Assembly: GCA_002716405.1 (NCBI GenBank)
Contig: PBBA01000006.1
Coordinates: forward strand, 187,966-251,965
Length of the DNA stretch: 64,000 nucleotides
Direction of reading: 5' to 3'
Origin: Chloroflexota bacterium
GTDB taxonomy: Bacteria; Chloroflexota; Dehalococcoidia; UBA2979
Shown here: positions 55,519 to 64,000 of the stretch, in pieces
Layout: the number at the start of each line of letters is the position of its first letter
How positions within the stretch are numbered: the stretch's first letter is position 1
The notes under the pieces: generated by a model
What the model was told of the DNA's origin: nothing
Databases searched by the model: none
Seen by the model: only the letters and a program-made list of their open reading frames with translations
Made by a program: the position numbers and the translations under genes

Positions 55519-56154
55519 GTGACTATGCAAATACCAGAAGTTGTTATCGATCGACTACCAATTTATCGAGGATTTCTAGTTCGAATTAAGGAGGAAGGGC
55601 GTACAGTCATCTCTTCACATGAGTTAGGAATTGAACTAGATGTAACTCCAGCCCAAATAAGAAAAGACTTGTCATATTTTGGACGCTTTGGGAAACAAGG
55701 TAAGGGTTATGTAGTTCAAGATTTATTAGATGAACTTGAAAATATTTTGGGATTAGATAAACAATGGTCTGTCATAGTAATCGGTTTAGGAAGACTTGGA
55801 CGTGCTGTTGCATCATATCCTGGTTTTAAGGAAGAAGGATTTAATATCACTTCCTGCTATGATGTAAGCTCCGAGGTCATTGGAACTACTATAAATGGCA
55901 TAGTAGTCCAAAGCATTGAAGATCTACAAAACGATCTCACAAAAAAACACGTCGATATTGGAATTATTACGGTTAGTTCAGAATATGCGCAAAATGTTGC
56001 CGATCTACTTATTAAAGGTGGCGTAGCAGCTATTTTAAACTATACACCTTCGAGAATTCAGGTCCCAAAAGAAATAGAACTAAAAAATATTAATCCTATT
56101 TTATTTTTACAAAGTATGACTTATCATCTCACAAACTTAAACAAAGGTAACTAA
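55519..56154 (+). CDS. rex: redox-sensing transcriptional repressor Rex
   Basis: RLPIYRGFL winged-helix N-terminus and the Rossmann motif VIVIGLGRLGRAV. The GTG start is 5 nt after GAGGAT. Confidence 0.85.
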   Translation: MTMQIPEVVIDRLPIYRGFLVRIKEEGRTVISSHELGIELDVTPAQIRKDLSYFGRFGKQGKGYVVQDLLDELENILGLDKQWSVIVIGLGRLGRAVASYPGFKEEGFNITSCYDVSSEVIGTTINGIVVQSIEDLQNDLTKKHVDIGIITVSSEYAQNVADLLIKGGVAAILNYTPSRIQVPKEIELKNINPILFLQSMTYHLTNLNKGN

Positions 56155-56157
56155 TCT

Positions 56158-57204
56158 TTATATATCAGAACTAACTGAACTTATTAAACTTTCCTCATCT
56201 GTTGGAATCGCTCGATCGATTACTTCGACATAATTCAAAGCTTGACCTGCACCACGGGCAATACAAGTAAGTGGAGAATCTGCCACGTGTACAGGCACAC
56301 CAGTTTCCTCACGAATTAATTCATCTAAACGATGAAGTAAAGCACCTCCACCGGTTAAGATTATGCCTCGATCTATAACATCTGATGCAAGTTCAGGAGG
56401 AGTTTTTTCCAATACCTTACGAATAGTTTCAATAACAACAAGCAAATGTTCGTTTAATGCTTGAACTATCTCATCACCGTGTAAAAGTGCAGTTCGAGGT
56501 AGTCCTGTAACTTGGTCGCGCCCTCTAACTTGTGCAGTACGATCTTGATTAAGATCTGCGATAGCACCACCGATTGCAATTTTTACTTCTTCAGCTGTCC
56601 GTTCACCAATAATCAAATTATGACGTCTCTTAATATGTTGTACGATAGCATCGTCAAATCGATCGCCAGCTATACGTACGGATTCACTGGCAACAATTCC
56701 AAACATTGAGATCACAGCTGCTTCAGTTCTACCTCCACCAATATCAACAATCATATGTCCCCGTGCAGAACCAACAGGAATCTCTGCACCTATAGCCGCA
56801 GCGAGTGGTTCAGGTATCAAATGAGCAGGTTTTCTTGCACCTGCAGCTTCAGCAGCGTCACGCACTGCACGCCGTTCGACGCCTGTCACTCCAACAGGTA
56901 CACAAATCATAACTTCAGGTTTAATGATATTAAACCGCCCCAAAACACGAGAGATGAAATATCGTAACATTGACTCGGTGATGACATAGTCTGCAATTAC
57001 ACCGTCACGCATAGGACGAACAACTTGAATAGTACCAGGATGCCTACCAATCATTAGTTTCGCATCATCACCAACAGCAACTACATTTCCATCTCTCTCA
57101 GTTAAGGCAACAACAGCAGGTTCATCTAAAATAATCCCTCGACCAGATTCAAATACAAGTACATTAGCAGTTCCTAAATCAATTCCTATTCGTTTTGAAA
57201 ACAT
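56158..57204 (-). CDS. mreB: rod shape-determining protein MreB
   Basis: IGIDLGTANVLV and DIGGGRTE actin-fold motifs. Confidence 0.9.
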   Translation of the reverse strand: MFSKRIGIDLGTANVLVFESGRGIILDEPAVVALTERDGNVVAVGDDAKLMIGRHPGTIQVVRPMRDGVIADYVITESMLRYFISRVLGRFNIIKPEVMICVPVGVTGVERRAVRDAAEAAGARKPAHLIPEPLAAAIGAEIPVGSARGHMIVDIGGGRTEAAVISMFGIVASESVRIAGDRFDDAIVQHIKRRHNLIIGERTAEEVKIAIGGAIADLNQDRTAQVRGRDQVTGLPRTALLHGDEIVQALNEHLLVVIETIRKVLEKTPPELASDVIDRGIILTGGGALLHRLDELIREETGVPVHVADSPLTCIARGAGQALNYVEVIDRAIPTDEESLISSVSSDI

Positions 57205-57273
57205 TTCACCACCAAAGCATTAGCAATCAATAACCTAAGACATGTAATTCTATTTATAAAAAACATCCAACTA

Positions 57274-58551
57274 CTAATCCCCAATTATATGCTCCTTACA
57301 TCTTTTGACGTCTGCTCCTAAATTAACTAGACGTTCAGTTAAATGCGCATAACCTCTATCTAAATGCTCAATATCAAAGATTTTTGTTGTGCCGGTGGCA
57401 GCCAATCCACCAATCACGACTGCGGCCCCTGCACGAATATCGAGTGCGCGAACAGAGGTTCCAATCAATGGAACACCTCCATCAATAATGACTGTTTGAC
57501 CACCATCAATGATTTTCGCTCCTAATTGTCTTAACTGGCTAACATAAGCTGTTCGATTATCAAAAACTCTTTCATGTATTGTCGAAACCCCGATTGCCTG
57601 AGTGAGAGTTGCAGCCATAGGGGCATGCAAATCTGTTGGAAACCCTGGATATGGAACAGCTTGAAGAGCAATACCATGAAAAGTTTTCAGAGCAGAAACT
57701 CTGATACCTTCCATCGAAGAAAAAATTTCAACTTTAACTCCCATTTCATTAAATTTTGACAATAAAGAATCAAGCTCTTTAGGCTGACCATTAATAATTG
57801 AAATGTCGCCTCCTGTAGCAACACCAGCTAAAAGGTAGGTACCTGTTTCTATACGATCAGGTTTAACTTCAAACTCAACTCCATGCAATTCTTTAACACC
57901 CGTAATATTAATGAGTGAAGTACCATGTCCGTTGATATTTGCACCCATTTGATTAAGCATTTCAGCGACCATAGCAACTTCTGGTTCTGCTGCAGCATTG
58001 ATTATTGTAGTTGTTCCAATTGACAAAGTAGCAGCAAACATGACATTGACTGTTCCTAATACAGAAGGATAGTCAAGAAATATTCTATCGCCTGTAAGTG
58101 ATTTAGCTTTAGCAACCCAGCTTGATTCTTCTTGTGTAATTTCAGCCCCTAATGCCCGAAATCCAGCCAAATGAACATCTAATGGTCTCACTCCAATTAC
58201 ATCACCACCTGGCGATGCACATATAGCTTCCCCAGTACGTGCTAATAAAGGACCCATCACCAAAAATGATGCTCTTAAGGCAGCAACCAAATCATTTGGA
58301 GGCGAGTTAGACAATATTGCAGGAGTATGTATTTGTATCGTATTACCATCAATTTCAACTTGTGAACCTATAGATCTACAAACAGCAGCCATTTCTAAAA
58401 CATCAGCAATTTCAGGAATATTGTGAATTGTTACCGGAGAAGCAGTTAATAGAGCGGCAGCTATAGCATAAAGCCCACCATTTTTAGAGCCAGAAACAAT
58501 TAACTCACCCTTTAAAGGTCGTCCACCATTAACTAAAAGATAATCATTCAT
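57274..58551 (-). CDS. murA: UDP-N-acetylglucosamine 1-carboxyvinyltransferase
   Basis: Full-length MurA. The active-site loop LLARTGEAICASPGGDVIGVRPLDVH aligns to E. coli ...LPGGCAIGARPVDLH. Confidence 0.9.
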   Translation of the reverse strand: MNDYLLVNGGRPLKGELIVSGSKNGGLYAIAAALLTASPVTIHNIPEIADVLEMAAVCRSIGSQVEIDGNTIQIHTPAILSNSPPNDLVAALRASFLVMGPLLARTGEAICASPGGDVIGVRPLDVHLAGFRALGAEITQEESSWVAKAKSLTGDRIFLDYPSVLGTVNVMFAATLSIGTTTIINAAAEPEVAMVAEMLNQMGANINGHGTSLINITGVKELHGVEFEVKPDRIETGTYLLAGVATGGDISIINGQPKELDSLLSKFNEMGVKVEIFSSMEGIRVSALKTFHGIALQAVPYPGFPTDLHAPMAATLTQAIGVSTIHERVFDNRTAYVSQLRQLGAKIIDGGQTVIIDGGVPLIGTSVRALDIRAGAAVVIGGLAATGTTKIFDIEHLDRGYAHLTERLVNLGADVKRCKEHIIGD

Positions 58552-58608
58552 ATACCGAGAGTACGCTGGTTACATCAGATAAGCGAGAATTCCAAAACAA
58601 GATATTTC

Positions 58609-58893
58609 TTATTCTGTGGAAGGGGCATCACTAGTATTAGTTTGTAAAATACTATCCGCCAACACTTTCACATCATTTTGAAGTATTTGAAGAAAACCAC
58701 CTGTAATTGATATAGGAATTAATCCTTCTTCTGTATGCGCAGTTATCGTTCCAGCAGAAAGACTTGTCATCAATGCCGCATGGTTAGGTAATAATGTTAA
58801 CTGACCATCCTCACCTGGTACCACAAGACGTTGCACATCTTCACGTGACAAAAAAGTTTGATCTGCAGTAACTATGGATAATTTCAGTGACAT
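58609..58893 (-). CDS. atpC: F1 ATP synthase epsilon subunit (short form)
   Basis: 94-aa ORF directly downstream of atpD with a beta-sandwich-like N-terminal domain (LSIVTADQTFLSREDVQRLVVPGEDGQLTLLPNHAALMT). Confidence 0.8.
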   Translation of the reverse strand: MSLKLSIVTADQTFLSREDVQRLVVPGEDGQLTLLPNHAALMTSLSAGTITAHTEEGLIPISITGGFLQILQNDVKVLADSILQTNTSDAPSTE

Positions 58894-58910
58894 CCGTACC
58901 TATAGCCTCT

Positions 58911-61230
<2,320 letters not shown>

Positions 61231-61267
61231 CTATAGAACCACCTTAGCAATAACTTAAATTAATCAA

Positions 61268-62797
61268 TTAATATGCAACTGATCCAAGAAATTCTTGAAT
61301 AGCGCTTTTCAAACCTTCTTCTGTTGATTCATCAATATCTCCAGAAGACATAATTGCATCCAATACAACAGAATGGCTAGCTGCCATAAATTCATGGAAT
61401 GCCTTTTCTAAATCACCTATTTTCTCGACAGGCACATCATCAAGGTAACCATTAACGCCTGCATACAAAATAGAGACCTGTTGAGCAAGGGTCTGAGGTT
61501 GATATTGTGGTTGCTTCAACAGTTCAGTTAATCTCTCTCCTCTAACTAACTGTAATCTAGTTGCAGCATCAAGATCATCCGTGCCAAATTGAGCAAATGC
61601 TTGTAACTCCCTGTATTGAGACAAGTCTAAACGTAAAGTTCCAGCTACCTTCTTCATAGCTCTAGTTTGAGCATCACCACCCACCCTAGAAACAGAAATT
61701 CCTGGATTAGTTGCCGGACGTTGTCCAGAATTGAATAGATCTAATTCAAGAAAAATCTGTCCGTCAGTAATTGAAATTACGTTAGTGGGAATATACGCAG
61801 AAACATCTCCAGCTTGAGTTTCGATAATAGGAAGAGCAGTAATTGAACCACCTCCATAATTTTCTGTCACACGAGCCGATCTCTCCAAGAGCCTTGAGTG
61901 AAGATAAAATACGTCTCCAGGATAGGCTTCTCTTCCAGGAGGTCTTTTCAGCAACAAAGACACTTCTCTGTACGCCCAAGCATGCTTCGAAAGATCATCA
62001 TAGATGATTAAAACATCTTTGCCTTTTGCCATAAAATATTCAGCCATCGCACAACCTGCATATGGAGCCAAATACTGTAAAGCTGCCGAGTCAGCTGCAG
62101 ATGAAGTAACAACAATTGTATGTTCCATCGCACCATATTCTTCAAGAGTTGCAACAGTTTGAGCAATCTTTGCATCCTTTTGCCCTACTGCAACATATAC
62201 ACAGATAACACCACTACCTTTTTGGTTAATTACAGCATCGACAGCAATAGCACTCTTGCCAATAGAGCGATCACCAATAATTAACTCACGTTGCCCTCTA
62301 CCAATCGGAATCATGGCATCGATAGCCTTTACACCTGTCTGCAAAGGTTCATCAACATGAACTCGACTTACAACATCTGGTGCAATACGTTCCACAGGGT
62401 ATTGTTCAGTACTAGCTATAGGACCACGTTCATCGATCGGATCACCTAAAGGATTAACCACTCGTCCAATCAAAGCTTCACCAACTGGTACTGAAGCAAC
62501 TAATCCAGTTGTTCGAACTTCATCACCTTCTTTAACTTTTTGGTAGTCTCCTAGGATAATAGATCCCACAGTTTCTTCCTCAAGGTTTAACGCCAAACCG
62601 CGAATTGGACGTCCTTCATCATCAGAGGCACTAAATTCCAACAGTTCAGAAGCCATGCATTCCCCAAGACCATGTATCTGGGCGATACCGTCACCGGCAA
62701 CGATCACTGTTCCTACATTTGATTCAACTGATTCAGCGTCGAATCCTTCTATCTGTTGCTTAAGTATAGAGGCTATTTCTTCCGCTCTAAGTACCAT
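61268..62797 (-). CDS. atpA: F1 ATP synthase alpha subunit
   Basis: Walker A motif [12 protein letters not shown] and full-length similarity to the alpha subunit. Confidence 0.95.
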   Translation of the reverse strand: MVLRAEEIASILKQQIEGFDAESVESNVGTVIVAGDGIAQIHGLGECMASELLEFSASDDEGRPIRGLALNLEEETVGSIILGDYQKVKEGDEVRTTGLVASVPVGEALIGRVVNPLGDPIDERGPIASTEQYPVERIAPDVVSRVHVDEPLQTGVKAIDAMIPIGRGQRELIIGDRSIGKSAIAVDAVINQKGSGVICVYVAVGQKDAKIAQTVATLEEYGAMEHTIVVTSSAADSAALQYLAPYAGCAMAEYFMAKGKDVLIIYDDLSKHAWAYREVSLLLKRPPGREAYPGDVFYLHSRLLERSARVTENYGGGSITALPIIETQAGDVSAYIPTNVISITDGQIFLELDLFNSGQRPATNPGISVSRVGGDAQTRAMKKVAGTLRLDLSQYRELQAFAQFGTDDLDAATRLQLVRGERLTELLKQPQYQPQTLAQQVSILYAGVNGYLDDVPVEKIGDLEKAFHEFMAASHSVVLDAIMSSGDIDESTEEGLKSAIQEFLGSVAY

Positions 62798-62823
62798 CAG
62801 ATCCTCCTATTCATGCAGAACTC

Positions 62824-63366
62824 TTATCTCCCTGCACGCTCAAATTCTCTTCTCAAACTTTGTAATCTAGTACGAGTTGAAGCATCAATAAGTAAATCAT
62901 CGATACGGATAGTCATTCCACCCAATATCGAAGAATCTATGATTGTAGATAACTCCACTTTCTTACCAGTTTCTTGACTTATTTGTTCTCTTAATTTTGC
63001 CTGCCGATCGGTATCTAACTCTATTGCTGTACGTACTGTAACTCTAATGATATCTCGATGCTCATCAAGAAGTTCACGATAATACGAAGCAATTGATGGT
63101 CCTAAATTCAGCCGCCTCTTACTGCGTAATAAACGGAATAAATTGATTTGCTTCATTCCTATATCTGCAATAACGTCGTGAACAATAGATTGAAAATGCT
63201 CATCCGTCATACCATCAGATTGGAGTGCCTCAACATATTGAGAATTATTAGTAAGTGCCTCTAGGGCGTCAATAGCCGATGACCAAGCATCATAGCTTGA
63301 ATCTTCATGAGCTATACCCATAATCGCCAAAGCATAACGACGACCTGCAATCTCACGAGCAAACAT
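62824..63366 (-). CDS. atpH: F1 ATP synthase delta (OSCP) subunit
   Basis: It sits between atpF and atpA and has an OSCP-like C-terminus (STIIDSSILGGMTIRIDDLLIDASTRTRL). The ATG at 63366 is preferred over the TTG at 63390. Confidence 0.8.
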   Translation of the reverse strand: MFAREIAGRRYALAIMGIAHEDSSYDAWSSAIDALEALTNNSQYVEALQSDGMTDEHFQSIVHDVIADIGMKQINLFRLLRSKRRLNLGPSIASYYRELLDEHRDIIRVTVRTAIELDTDRQAKLREQISQETGKKVELSTIIDSSILGGMTIRIDDLLIDASTRTRLQSLRREFERAGR

Positions 63367-63401
63367 AACTAAACCCTCTACATCCTGCAATAATCACAGT
63401 A

Positions 63402-63977
63402 TTAATTCTCGCTATCCTGACCAAAATTACTTTCAGTTAGAACTTCATCGATTAGCCTCTGATGTGCGGATTGATCAATAGATTGACTTATCACCCGCTC
63501 AGCAGCACGAATAGTTAAATCTGCAAATTGAGATTGTAATTGTTGAACAACTTGCTCTTTTTCCAATCGTATTTCTTCACGAGCTCGTTCAATAATTTGA
63601 TCTGCTTCCTGTCTAGCCTTTTCTTCCAATTCTTCACGTAACTTTGCAGCAGCTTCTTGAGAGCGAAGATTTTGGGCACGAGCCTCTGCTCTTGCTTGCT
63701 CAATAACTTTTTTTGCTTCTTCCTCTGTAGCAAGTGCATCAGAAGCAGCCTGCTCTGCGCGATTTAATCCCTCTTCAATTCGACGTTTTCTTTCATCAAG
63801 AACCTTAAGAATTGGTCCCCACAAAAAAATCTTCAATACCACAAGAAGAATCAAGAAGTTAACCAACTGCGCAATAAGTCCAGGTATATTAATCCCAAGT
63901 TTAGATATACCCTCAACCTCTTCCGCAGCAACAACCACGGTAGGCACAGTAGCAAATGCGAAAGCAGTTAATACCAC
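63402..63977 (-). CDS. atpF: Fo ATP synthase subunit b
   Basis: One N-terminal TM helix followed by a long charged coiled-coil (EEAKKVIEQARAEARAQ...). GTG start at 63977. The start is uncertain because the window ends at 64000. Confidence 0.75.
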   Translation of the reverse strand: MVLTAFAFATVPTVVVAAEEVEGISKLGINIPGLIAQLVNFLILLVVLKIFLWGPILKVLDERKRRIEEGLNRAEQAASDALATEEEAKKVIEQARAEARAQNLRSQEAAAKLREELEEKARQEADQIIERAREEIRLEKEQVVQQLQSQFADLTIRAAERVISQSIDQSAHQRLIDEVLTESNFGQDSEN

Positions 63978-64000
63978 AAGGAAATATCGATAAAAACCAA

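Overview
The window is AT-rich (about 35-40% GC by eye), very gene-dense and almost entirely protein-coding, with about 72 supported CDSs. I found no rRNA, tRNA, CRISPR array, transposase, integrase or phage genes. Genes are tightly packed, and several convergent pairs overlap at their stop codons, which suggests a streamlined genome.

Housekeeping genes:
- Right end, minus strand: atpF-atpH-atpA-atpG-atpD-atpC (F1Fo ATP synthase), then murA and mreB, next to rex and ispH.
- Elsewhere: purK-purE, argC, orn, clpS, nhaA, amt, ogt, rlmB-like and a PBP5-like carboxypeptidase.

The rest is mostly paralogous CoA-dependent catabolic genes:
- five family-III CoA-transferase domains in three genes, one an end-to-end fusion
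- two thiolase/DUF35 pairs
- a MaoC hydratase pair
- crotonase, ACAD, SDR, Ccr and an acyl-CoA synthetase
- two LLM/F420-type oxidoreductases, a TPP enzyme and two alpha/beta hydrolases

This content resembles marine SAR202-type Chloroflexota or marine Actinobacteria. That is an inference only.

Most interesting observations:
1. A DCC-family thiol-disulfide oxidoreductase has an in-frame TGA in place of the first Cys of its DxxCxxC motif. A hairpin with a GGUC apical loop follows it. This is a candidate UxxC selenoprotein that the ORF track truncates.
2. A yqeC-type accessory gene for selenium-dependent molybdenum hydroxylases lies divergent from a mobA/mocA gene.
3. A bbs-like beta-oxidation operon has a heteromeric-looking CoA-transferase pair, and a fused double CoA-transferase lies nearby. 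By eye, only one half of each keeps the catalytic Asp.
4. Three 22-bp tandem repeats with 11-bp ACAT phasing sit upstream of an amt gene that has no glnK.
5. There is a cobalamin theme: PduO-type and CobO-type adenosyltransferases plus a CarH-like MerR/B12 regulator.
6. MurA carries Asp at the fosfomycin-target Cys position.

All folds and alignments were done by hand and need computational confirmation.
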